From positions 1-58,974 of the forward strand of contig JBDRDF010000006.1 in NCBI GenBank assembly GCA_043821025.1: a stretch of DNA of 58,974 nucleotides. Reading direction: 5' to 3'. The notes under the pieces are model-generated. The model worked only from the letters and a program-made list of their open reading frames with translations. It was not told where the DNA came from and did not search any database. A program made the translations under genes and the position numbers. The DNA comes from Candidatus Omnitrophota bacterium (lineage in GTDB: Bacteria > Omnitrophota > Gorgyraeia > Pluralincolimonadales > CAZUZR01). Numbering within the stretch: the stretch's first letter is position 1; each line of letters begins with the position of its first letter. Below, piece by piece: positions 1-8,173 of this stretch.

Positions 1-16
1 GATTTATGTCTCTCAT
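1..16 (-). CDS. 5' end of an unidentified gene running off the left edge (MRDIN...)
   Basis: ATG at 16..14 is preceded by AAGGAGG (30..24) with a 7-nt spacer. Only 5 codons lie inside the window. Confidence 0.35.
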
Positions 17-79
17 GGTATATCCTCCTTTAGGGCTTCTTGCCCCGGTTATCACGCAATAACCGTGAGGATATACCAT
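15..79 (-). promoter_or_regulatory. SD/start-codon sequestering stem enclosing two small hairpins, in the 5' leader of the left-edge gene
   Basis: A perfect 13-bp pairing joins 15..27 (atggtatatcctc) to 67..79 (gaggatataccat). On the minus-strand RNA it covers GAGG of the SD, the spacer and AU of the AUG. Inner hairpins are cggttat/ataaccg (46..65) and gggc/gccc (33..45). Confidence 0.4.
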
Positions 80-148
80 TTTTATTTACATTTCAAAGAA
101 CTATTGAGATGGAAAGCGTCCATAATATTTTACACTATCTAATAGGAA

Positions 149-267
149 TGAAATTTAAGTCTTGCTTGGCCTTCCTTTATTACTCGATTAAGGTTAATAG
201 CACCTGCGTCATAAACCGGCTCTGCGCAAGACATTAAATTTCAAAGATAATAAATATTTCTGTAATT
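149..267 (+). repeat. Intergenic repeat module 2, copy 1 (flanks core copy A)
   Basis: Collinear similarity to 51536..51657. Inverted 11-mers tgaaatttaag (149..159) and ttaaatttca (234..243) bound it. Indels between copies are not multiples of 3. Confidence 0.6.
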
Positions 268-399
268 CTGAATATCGCATCCGCACGTAGAAGATTCGAG
301 CGGGCAAGGTTGCCCACACTTAACCTTAAGGCAGAGCGAGAAGATTCTCCGAGCGAGTGAGACACGCTGGGTCGAACGAGCGGTGCGGGAGATATTCAG
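268..399 (+). repeat. Structured core repeat, copy A
   Basis: Closing stem is ctgaatatc (268..276) / gatattcag (391..399). The core runs from ccgcacg to cggtgcgg and is near-identical to copies B and C. GAGCG(A/G)G-type boxes (the fourth reads GAGCGGT) start at 298, 334, 351 and 378. Confidence 0.8.
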
Positions 400-438
400 A
401 ATAGAAGAAGTATCTATTGATTTGATAAACAGGGAATG

Positions 439-1635
439 TTATTTATCTGTCTTCAGCCAAAATAGGTCTTCGTCAGATATATCTTTATCTCTGCCTATCT
501 TCATAGGGTCGTAGCCAAATTTACCCAGTAAATACCAGGCAGAGGAAGCGAGGGAAAGATATCGCTCGACGCCCTCCCATAACTGACCACGTCCATAATG
601 AGTGCCTGGATTGGTAGCATAAGGAATCCCATATAATTGAGGATCTTTTGAGCTGGGAACGAACATCTTCTCAAGTTCTCTCAAATAATATTCTGCCATA
701 AAATTTAAACCTGCACTGCGATAAGCAACTACCATTTCACCTGTCCCTTCCAACCAGATCGAATCTAAATCGAGGTCAAAACAGAACCCAGTGATATTTT
801 TATTATTAACTAAAGCGATCTTGGTCGTGCGATAAGAATCTGCTTCTTCAAGTATTTGAATGGGCATCTTTTTGAAAGCGCAATATCCCCATGAATGCAG
901 GTCAAGAGCGTATTTATAAGTAGGGTGTTCTTTCCAAGCAAGAAATGTCTTCTTTTCAGCATCCCAATATTCATGTTTAAGATATTGAAGTATCTTTTTA
1001 TGGAAAGAATCGTAGCCGCTGACAGCATTGAAGACGTCGATAGTACCCTCGGTAGATTTTAAAATCTTCTGGCCTTGTTTATCATATCCGCCCCAAAGCC
1101 CACCATCTGCCTCATCCTGCAGAGAGCGCAGCCACGTCTCAAGACTTAAAGATAACGCTTCATATTTCCGAGTATTTGTTAGATGATGGTAATTATTTAA
1201 CGCTATAAGTAACCAAGCATTATCTCCCAACCACCGATGAGGCGTTCCATCTAACGGAATGCCTTGGCGATCGCGAAATTGACCAAAGCCACCTGGAGAT
1301 TGCCTTAGTTCATCTATGTGCTGGTCGAAGAAATCAAATATTTTTTCAGCCCTATCAAAATCCCCGTAGGCGCAAAAGACAACTGCTGATAAAGCATTTT
1401 CATAAAGAGATACAAAATTGCTGCCATCTGAACTCTCTAACAATCCATTAGGCAGCTGAAGGCCCTTTACCCAATCATAAACTCTTTGGGCTTTCCGGTC
1501 AGCGACGACAATGTGCGGTGGGACGACAACTACTTCTTTCTTTCTAATTAAAGAAGCACAACCCGGTAAAGTAAAAAGTGCCAAAAAAATAATCCAAGCT
1601 AAAATAAAATATGTGCGTGTTTGTCCTTTAGCCAT
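439..1635 (-). CDS. Predicted lipoprotein of unknown function, possibly an alpha/alpha-toroid-like fold
   Basis: 398-aa ORF with an N-terminal signal sequence and lipobox-like LPGC. I recognise no confident family. Confidence 0.55.
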   Translation of the reverse strand: MAKGQTRTYFILAWIIFLALFTLPGCASLIRKKEVVVVPPHIVVADRKAQRVYDWVKGLQLPNGLLESSDGSNFVSLYENALSAVVFCAYGDFDRAEKIFDFFDQHIDELRQSPGGFGQFRDRQGIPLDGTPHRWLGDNAWLLIALNNYHHLTNTRKYEALSLSLETWLRSLQDEADGGLWGGYDKQGQKILKSTEGTIDVFNAVSGYDSFHKKILQYLKHEYWDAEKKTFLAWKEHPTYKYALDLHSWGYCAFKKMPIQILEEADSYRTTKIALVNNKNITGFCFDLDLDSIWLEGTGEMVVAYRSAGLNFMAEYYLRELEKMFVPSSKDPQLYGIPYATNPGTHYGRGQLWEGVERYLSLASSAWYLLGKFGYDPMKIGRDKDISDEDLFWLKTDK

Positions 1636-1678
1636 TCTGTTAACTTATCTTTATTCTTAAGAAACGAATGAAAGTCTT

Positions 1679-3175
1679 TTATATTACTTTAATATCCTCT
1701 ACGTGGAGGAGGGGGTCGGCTTTTACGATTACCTTGCCTTTAAAAACCCTCTCGATGGATTCTATGGCAGGCCTATCCTCGTTAAATAACCGCGAAGCCA
1801 CTTCGGGATGGACGTGAAGTTCCACTTGTTTTTTTCTGCTTTCTTTTAAAAATTTTTTTACTTTTCTTAGGGCCTGGATTGATATTGTCGGCACCGATTT
1901 TATGAGGCCCTTTCCCTCACAATATGGGCATTCCCTAAAAGAGACGCTCTCCAAACTCCTTCGCATCCTTTGGCGCGTCATCTCTACCAAACACAATTCG
2001 GAAAGTGGCGAGACATCTGTTTTTGCCTTATCGCGCTTTAGCGCATCCAAAAGCGCTTCAAAAACTTTGCGCCTATGCCCTGCCTGGGCCATATCTATGA
2101 AATCTATTACGATTATCCCGCCTAAGTCCCTCAGCCGAATTTGCCGCGCGATTTCCTTTGCGGCTTCCATATTTGTCGCAAAGGCGGTCTCTTCTAAGTT
2201 TTTCTTCTCGGTGAACTTGCCGCTATTTACATCGATAGCGACGAGCCCTTCGGTCGGCTCAATTACAATATACCCGCCAGACTTCAGGAAGACCTTCCGC
2301 TCGAATATCTTCTCTATCTCTTTCTCTATTAATTTTCTATCGAATAACGGTATGTCGCCCTCATATAATTCCACCTTTGACCTAAGATGAGGGGAAACGG
2401 CACTCAAGAAATGACTTATCTTTCCATAATCATCTCTTGAATCTATTATCAACTTGTCTATATTCTCTATTAAATAATCCCTAACAACCCTAAGCGTTAA
2501 ATCATATTCCTCATGTAAAAGGGAAGGCGCCGCTTTTCGAGAAGCGCCCAATTTGATCTTACGCCAAAGCGAAAGCAAATATTTTAAATCCCGTGAAATG
2601 TCGCGCTTCGATTTACCAACCCCTGCTGTCCTGATAATAACGCCCATATCGCTTGGAATTTCAAGTTGTCCTAAGATTTCTCTTAGCCTCGAGCGCTCTT
2701 TTTCGTCGGAGATTCGGCGCGAAATGCCCAAATGTCTATCAAAAGGCAATAACACCAAATACCTCCCTGGCAAAGAGATGTGAGTTGTAAGGCGAGGGCC
2801 CTTTGTCCCAAACGGCTCCTTGGTCACTTGAACCAAAACCTCTTGACCCTTTTTTAAAAGTTGTTCTATGGATTGCTGCGGCTGGATGCCACGCGCGGGA
2901 TATAATTCCTCTAACTCATCTCGCTCAAAGGCCTCGCTCTCTAATCCGATGCCAACGACATCGGCTAAATATAAATATCCATTTTTTTCTAATCCGAGAT
3001 TTACGAAGGCCGCCTTGACAGCAGGGACTATAGAACTGACTCTTGCCTTGTAAACATTTCCAACGAGCTGCCTTACGCCGATCCTTTCTACAAAAAATTC
3101 TTCAAGGACTTTATTTTCAACTATAGCAACCCTCTTCTCCTGTGGCTCAATATTTATCAAAATCTCTTTATACAT
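1679..3175 (-). CDS. rng: Ribonuclease G (RNase E/G family)
   Basis: 498 aa with an N-terminal S1-like region and RNase E/G catalytic-core sequence character. The position downstream of DUF2344 is typical. Confidence 0.85.
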   Translation of the reverse strand: MYKEILINIEPQEKRVAIVENKVLEEFFVERIGVRQLVGNVYKARVSSIVPAVKAAFVNLGLEKNGYLYLADVVGIGLESEAFERDELEELYPARGIQPQQSIEQLLKKGQEVLVQVTKEPFGTKGPRLTTHISLPGRYLVLLPFDRHLGISRRISDEKERSRLREILGQLEIPSDMGVIIRTAGVGKSKRDISRDLKYLLSLWRKIKLGASRKAAPSLLHEEYDLTLRVVRDYLIENIDKLIIDSRDDYGKISHFLSAVSPHLRSKVELYEGDIPLFDRKLIEKEIEKIFERKVFLKSGGYIVIEPTEGLVAIDVNSGKFTEKKNLEETAFATNMEAAKEIARQIRLRDLGGIIVIDFIDMAQAGHRRKVFEALLDALKRDKAKTDVSPLSELCLVEMTRQRMRRSLESVSFRECPYCEGKGLIKSVPTISIQALRKVKKFLKESRKKQVELHVHPEVASRLFNEDRPAIESIERVFKGKVIVKADPLLHVEDIKVI

Positions 3176-3490
3176 TTAACCAATAACCTCGACGTGTTTA
3201 ATAGATATTCCCTCTGGCAATTGACGTTGTAATCTATTCTTAAAATCATCTAAAGATAGTGACGAAGTCAATTGAAATACAGCTTCTTCCGCTTCGCTTT
3301 CTACGCCTAATTTTAGCGCACGTTTAAACCTTATTTTAGGCCTTGGGCTAAAACCTTTCGAAAGCGCAACTGGGATATCGGCCCTTCGCGTTGCACGCTG
3401 GAATAACCTGACTAAATCCAGATGGGATATATATTTCATATTACCTTTTTTGGCAAATATAATTCTATATATCTTGCTTTCATTAACCAC
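3176..3490 (-). CDS. Radical-SAM-linked protein (DUF2344/TIGR03936-like), short form
   Basis: YISHLDLVRLFQRATRRADIPVALSKGFSPRPKI matches my memory of the DUF2344 N-terminal half. Its stop abuts the rng start. It is only 104 aa. Confidence 0.55.
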   Translation of the reverse strand: MVNESKIYRIIFAKKGNMKYISHLDLVRLFQRATRRADIPVALSKGFSPRPKIRFKRALKLGVESEAEEAVFQLTSSLSLDDFKNRLQRQLPEGISIKHVEVIG

Positions 3491-3773
3491 CTTCTACAAT
3501 ATCCTTCACTTCCTTAATCATCTTTTTAAGTTCTTCTATTTCTCTCTTCAATTTTTCAAGTTCGGCGTGCGTCTTCATATTCTCTTTATGTAGCACCTCG
3601 GTCGTGTTTTTAATCAAATAATCCGTGCCTAATTCTGCTTCTCTGCCTCTGAAGCGCGCCGCCTTTTCAAATTCATCATCGTAATTTACAACTTCGCTCA
3701 ACGCAATACGACATAATAGCGAAAGTAACACGATAAAGAATAACGATATTAATACCACCGAGCCCTTCTTCAT
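3483..3773 (-). CDS. Small membrane-anchored coiled-coil protein, unknown function
   Basis: 96 aa with an N-terminal hydrophobic helix and a charged heptad-like C-terminus. GAGGAGG lies upstream of the ATG. Confidence 0.5.
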   Translation of the reverse strand: MKKGSVVLISLFFIVLLSLLCRIALSEVVNYDDEFEKAARFRGREAELGTDYLIKNTTEVLHKENMKTHAELEKLKREIEELKKMIKEVKDIVEGG

Positions 3774-3790
3774 CTTAATCCTCCTCTCAA

Positions 3791-3835
3791 TAATAAAAAA
3801 GGCATTCGCTTTTTAAAATTTCGCGTCATGCCTTT
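3791..3835 (-). terminator. Rho-independent terminator after pilQ
   Basis: Stem aaaggcat (3798..3805) / atgccttt (3828..3835), followed on the minus strand by UUUAUUAUU. Confidence 0.5.
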
Positions 3836-3852
3836 CTTAATTAAAAACTTCA

Positions 3853-5544
3853 CTATTTCTTTTTAAAGAACCCCTTATTTCCTTTCGTGTACCCTTCTGG
3901 CTTTACTTTTTCCTTCTTTTCTTCCTTTTTCGCAGGTGATTCCTCGGGCGAAATATCCGGCTGTCCGACCTCCTGCGCCTTTTGTATCATTGCCATCTCC
4001 TGTTCTGAAATCTCACCGGGTTTGACAACCCTTGCGGTAATAAATATTAATAAATCTATTTTTTCGATATCCGTTGTGCGCCTTGAAAATATAGCGCCTA
4101 CTATTGGAATATCGCTTAAAATCGGAATGCCTATCTTGCTTTTCTTTTTCACGTCTTTCAATAAACCACCGATTACTATCGTCTCGCCGTTTCCCATAAT
4201 TATCTGAGTTTCTACTTCCCTCGTCGAAAGAACTGGATATCTAGTTACGCCGATGAGGGTACCAGGACTTACTTCATCGGTTTTCTCAGATATCACTGGA
4301 TGGACAATCATATTTATAAATTTTTCGTCTCCGCTTACCTGCGGGACAACGTATAGTTGAATCCCTATGTCTTGATACCACGCCAAACTATAGGTAGCTG
4401 TCCCACTTGTTCCTGAAACCGAACTTTCAATTATAGGCCATTTTGTGCCCACCAAAATCGCTGCTTCCTGACCACTTAAAGTCAATATTCTAGGCGCAGA
4501 AAGCACGTTCGTTCTTACATCTTCTTCAAGCGCACTAATATAAATTTCAAATTGTTTTCCCGTTAACCTCCTATACAATAAGCCAAGACCAGTATTTGCA
4601 GCTGTAAGAGCAGTAGCTTTTGGGCCAAATACAGACGGCGGAACCATCGTCCAGTGTGATGCGGTAATTCTTCCTTCGCGGTGTGCTTCGCCGACGCTAA
4701 CCGCACCTACAGTCCCAGTTGCTGCGGAAATAGTTTGAAACTCAAGTCCTATATCCTTTAAGACATCCCTATTTACCTCCATTATCCTCGCTTCTATCAA
4801 AACTTGAGTTGGCTTAATATCTATCTCTTTTATTACCCTCGCAATCCTCTCTAAATAACTAGGGGTATCCGTTATTACTAAAGCGCGGGACCTCGCTGCT
4901 TCCCTTACTCTACGCTCCTTTCCCGCTTCCATTTCCCCACCAACTTTTACCGCTCCAAATTCCCATCCTTTTTGTCCGGTAACTTCTAAAACGGATATCT
5001 TTCCTTGCGGAGAAAGTTGTGGCTCCAACAGCTTTTTTGCATCTGAGGCATCAAGGAATTGCAGGGTAAAAACCTTTGTTGTGACGGGTTCGATCTCTGT
5101 CAATTCTTTCTCTTTCTCCCTACGCTCTTTCATTACATCTACTGTCGAAACCGTGATTATATTGCCTTCGCGCTCATAAGCGAAGCCGGATGTCTTCAAT
5201 ATAACCTCTAATGCCTGTTCCCAAGGAACATCAACGAGTCGCATCGTAACGGTTCCAGCAACCTCTTTACTCGCGATGATATTGATGCCGCTTTTATAAG
5301 ATAATACGCGCAATACATTTTGTATATCGGCGTCTTTAAAATCCAAGGTCACATTGCCCTCTTTCATTGTTGGCGTTGCCGCTTCCTCGACTTTCGTTTC
5401 TGGTTGCGCCTGTGCTGTTAGTTCTTGTACGGCGCGGTCTTTAGTTTCTTGTGCTTCACCGAACAACCCAATAATCCAAAAACCCAATAATCCTATAACC
5501 CCTATAAATAAAAGCCGCCTTATCATATTATTCCTCCTCTTCAC
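3853..5544 (-). CDS. pilQ: Type IV pilus secretin PilQ
   Basis: 563 aa with a secretin C-terminal domain (GIPILSDIPIVGAIFSRR...LLIFITARVV) and N-terminal secretin-N-type repeats. It follows pilMNOP. The start may instead be M7 (5526). Confidence 0.85.
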   Translation of the reverse strand: MKRRNNMIRRLLFIGVIGLLGFWIIGLFGEAQETKDRAVQELTAQAQPETKVEEAATPTMKEGNVTLDFKDADIQNVLRVLSYKSGINIIASKEVAGTVTMRLVDVPWEQALEVILKTSGFAYEREGNIITVSTVDVMKERREKEKELTEIEPVTTKVFTLQFLDASDAKKLLEPQLSPQGKISVLEVTGQKGWEFGAVKVGGEMEAGKERRVREAARSRALVITDTPSYLERIARVIKEIDIKPTQVLIEARIMEVNRDVLKDIGLEFQTISAATGTVGAVSVGEAHREGRITASHWTMVPPSVFGPKATALTAANTGLGLLYRRLTGKQFEIYISALEEDVRTNVLSAPRILTLSGQEAAILVGTKWPIIESSVSGTSGTATYSLAWYQDIGIQLYVVPQVSGDEKFINMIVHPVISEKTDEVSPGTLIGVTRYPVLSTREVETQIIMGNGETIVIGGLLKDVKKKSKIGIPILSDIPIVGAIFSRRTTDIEKIDLLIFITARVVKPGEISEQEMAMIQKAQEVGQPDISPEESPAKKEEKKEKVKPEGYTKGNKGFFKKK

Positions 5545-5890
5545 TGCTTAAATTTATTGTGACCTCCTCACCAGCCCTGTTGAGGATCGCTCTCTTTCGT
5601 TCTATTTTTATAACTTTATAATCTCCGAACATATCTCCTACCCTTAAAACTACGCCGCTTATTATCGCATAGGATTCACCCTTATCATCCCAAAGTATTC
5701 CTTCTAAATTCAGTTCCACAATATCGCTAACAGGGCGAATTTCGGGAAGTAAATTTCCCTCTTTATCAACTAAAGGGAAAAAGGGGTCTCTCTTGCTATG
5801 GGGGTCGTATTTAAATATCCCTTGTCCAAATGAAAATGAAGCCGCTGAAACAACAAACAAAATGAATAGCGTAACTACTATAAACTTCAC
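5528..5890 (-). CDS. pilP: PilP-like pilus assembly protein
   Basis: 120 aa with a signal/anchor sequence and an RDPF motif. It sits between pilO and pilQ. Confidence 0.6.
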   Translation of the reverse strand: MKFIVVTLFILFVVSAASFSFGQGIFKYDPHSKRDPFFPLVDKEGNLLPEIRPVSDIVELNLEGILWDDKGESYAIISGVVLRVGDMFGDYKVIKIERKRAILNRAGEEVTINLSSEEEE

Positions 5891-6477
5891 TTGCTTAGCG
5901 CCTCCTCTCGCAAGAGATAAATCATAATTAATAATTTCACATCGTGATTATACATATCATTCGTATTAGATTCTACTTTCACATCTGCGAACGACATAAG
6001 ATTTTTTGCATTTTCTATTCTATTTATAAATTCTCCAAGCGCGTGATAGCCGCCTTTTGCCTCAATCTCTATTGGATTCTCCGCATAAATTGTAAGCGGC
6101 GCCTCTACTTCAACCTGTTTGATTTGTTGCTTAACCGGCTCCATCTTTAGGATCTTTACTTTTGATGCACTTGCAAGGCGAGATATATCTTGAAGGATAT
6201 CGGGTAAATCAGAACGAGGTGGCAAAGCCAATTTAATATCCTCTAACTTTGCCTGCAGAGACGCTAACCGATTCTCCATTTGGGACTTCTTTGCAATTAA
6301 AGTTTCGGACTGTTTTAAATTATCTTTGATTTGGGGTATCTCTCGAGACAATTTACTTAACGCTCGAATAGCGGGGCGCATGACGCATTGAATTAAGACG
6401 AGGATTATTAAAGCAGCGACGATTATAAGCGATGCCGCCTTTGCTCTTTCCGCTTTAGGCAAAATCAATGGCATCAA
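5887..6477 (-). CDS. pilO: PilO-like pilus assembly protein
   Basis: 196 aa with a single TM helix followed by coiled coil. It sits between pilN and pilP and overlaps its neighbours. Confidence 0.65.
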   Translation of the reverse strand: MMPLILPKAERAKAASLIIVAALIILVLIQCVMRPAIRALSKLSREIPQIKDNLKQSETLIAKKSQMENRLASLQAKLEDIKLALPPRSDLPDILQDISRLASASKVKILKMEPVKQQIKQVEVEAPLTIYAENPIEIEAKGGYHALGEFINRIENAKNLMSFADVKVESNTNDMYNHDVKLLIMIYLLREEALSK

Positions 6478-7092
6478 TTATAAATTCCTTCCCGCTTTAA
6501 AATGACAAGCTATTATAAAATCTATTACCTCCGTACGCCCTATTTTCCTGCGTTCCACCTTGGTAAGTTCGATCTCATCGAAATCTTCGGAAAACGAGTT
6601 ATTCCCTTTAAGGGAATTTACAAATTTGCCGACGGAGCCAGGCTCTTCCGCGCCCGAAACTATACTTGAACCTTCTAATATTAACAACTGCTTTGGCACC
6701 GCCGATTTAGCGCTGGATTCGGTTCTTTTAACGTATATCCTTCTCAGCCAGATGCCCGAAACTACCGAATCGGATAGGTCATTTAATTTCTTTGCCCAAT
6801 TAAACCTAAAAGAGGATAACCTATTAGCGGCATCGACTTTAGAAGAGAATTCTTTCAGTTTATTTTCCAGCGCTTTTGCCTCAGCGCTTGAAGCTGAGAT
6901 CGAAGTTAATCTTTTATTTAAAGAGTTGAAGGAGGCTTTCTTCGCTTGAGCCATAATTAATAATAGAACTTGAATAAAGATTAAGAATCCGATGATTCCA
7001 GCGACGATTGGCAAGGCTGGCAATTTTGGAAGCTTTAAAGGTTGCCTTTTCTTCTTGCGCAGTTCCTCGGGCAGAAGGTTAATCTCTATCAT
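6478..7092 (-). CDS. pilN: PilN pilus assembly protein
   Basis: N-terminus MIEINLLPEE... followed by a TM helix. It overlaps the pilM stop. Confidence 0.75.
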   Translation of the reverse strand: MIEINLLPEELRKKKRQPLKLPKLPALPIVAGIIGFLIFIQVLLLIMAQAKKASFNSLNKRLTSISASSAEAKALENKLKEFSSKVDAANRLSSFRFNWAKKLNDLSDSVVSGIWLRRIYVKRTESSAKSAVPKQLLILEGSSIVSGAEEPGSVGKFVNSLKGNNSFSEDFDEIELTKVERRKIGRTEVIDFIIACHFKAGRNL

Positions 7093-8018
7093 TGAATTCT
7101 CTGCCTCATCGCAAGTCCTAAGCAGACCGCCAATTGATTAGAGACATCTTTTAGAGATTCCTTGGATATATTTGGAGAAATCGTTAAATTTTTAGTTGGA
7201 TCCCAAACGGAGGATTCTATTCCAAATGCTTGCGATAATCGTTCGGACAATCCTGCTTGTCTGGAACCACCGCCGCTTAAGTAAATGCCGTCTATTCCTT
7301 TTCCAAATTGATTCTCATAATAGTCGAAGGATAAGCGTATCTGTGTGTCTAAATTTTCCAGGTTCTCAGCACCTATAGGGGTATCTCGAACAAAATTTAA
7401 CATCTCATCCTTTAATATGCATACGTTGGTCATGCTTGCGCCAATATTTATTAGCGCAAGGGTTTTCTCCTTTCCCAATCCAGCGTTATTAAAAATAAAG
7501 GCGTTTGTTATCGCAATCGAATCGCAATCGATAGCCTCTACTTCAAGCCCCGCCTCAGTAAGGTATGTCAATCTCTCGTCGATTAATTCCTTTTTGGCAG
7601 CTACTATTAAAACTTTTATCTTATTATCCCCTGTCTTCTCGTCTACAATTTGCGCATCTAGATAGACTTCGTCTATATTAAATGGAATGTGCTTTTCCGC
7701 TTCATATCTTATCGCAGATTTAAGTTCGTCTTCGCTCATCTTCGGAAATAAAACCTGCCGCACAACAACCGACTGACCTGCCACTGATATTACAACTTTT
7801 TTTATGTTAGAAGTGCCCATCGCTTGCTTAATCGCCTGAACAATCTTGTCTCTGGAACGTTCTCCCTCAAAGGGTTGAATTGAAAAGTAATCAAGTTGAT
7901 AGCAACCGGACTTTTGAGCGCTCAGCGCTAGCACCTTCACTGAAGATGTGCCTATATCCAAACCGACTCTGTTCTTCGTTTTGCTTAAGCTTATAAAAGG
8001 AATTTTAATCATATTCAT
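7089..8018 (-). CDS. pilM: PilM actin-like pilus assembly ATPase
   Basis: GLDIGTSSVKV and LINIGASMTNV actin-fold motifs. It is the first gene of pilMNOPQ. Confidence 0.85.
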   Translation of the reverse strand: MNMIKIPFISLSKTKNRVGLDIGTSSVKVLALSAQKSGCYQLDYFSIQPFEGERSRDKIVQAIKQAMGTSNIKKVVISVAGQSVVVRQVLFPKMSEDELKSAIRYEAEKHIPFNIDEVYLDAQIVDEKTGDNKIKVLIVAAKKELIDERLTYLTEAGLEVEAIDCDSIAITNAFIFNNAGLGKEKTLALINIGASMTNVCILKDEMLNFVRDTPIGAENLENLDTQIRLSFDYYENQFGKGIDGIYLSGGGSRQAGLSERLSQAFGIESSVWDPTKNLTISPNISKESLKDVSNQLAVCLGLAMRQRIQ

Positions 8019-8021
8019 CTT

Positions 8022-8165
8022 CTACGGAAGCAAATCTTCTAAACTAGTTGGATAACCATGAGGAATGACATTCGTATAGTAACTCTGACAGGCAGTTGAA
8101 ATGGTGTTGCAGGAAGTTATCTCAACTAAGGCAAGACCATCGTCAGGTAACTTTTTCGTTGCCAT
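8022..8165 (-). pseudogene. Pilin gene relic (47-codon ORF, internally deleted and C-terminally truncated)
   Basis: Hand translation gives MATKKLPDDGLALVEITSCNTISTACQSYYTNVIPHGYPTSLEDLLP*. NTISTACQSYYTNVIPHGYPTSLEDLL aligns with pilin RTISIACESYRAAQTPIAYPTTLAALS at 14/27 identities. GLALVEI resembles GFTLVEI. There is no SD. Confidence 0.45.
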
Positions 8166-8173
8166 CGTGGTTT

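Noticed and set aside
268-399. Whether the GAGCGAG-box elements are a small CRISPR array, a tRNA-like gene or plain intrinsic terminators.
   Set aside because: The boxes are 7 nt long with irregular spacing of 17-36 nt, and no cas genes are present. There is no cloverleaf and no GTTCGAATC-type T-loop. Only copy B is followed by a U-tract on the transcribed strand, and copy C is in the opposite orientation, so a terminator role cannot explain the family.
1902-2390. Long plus-strand ORFs antisense to real genes. Examples are 1902..2390, 6560..6949, 8096..8626, 21540..22010, 22221..22652, 32360..32743, 36492..36962 and 56988..57332.
   Set aside because: Each lies wholly or largely inside a well-supported minus-strand gene. 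Their composition is low-complexity and Ser/Ile/Phe-rich, typical of shadow frames, and none has a start context or recognisable domain.
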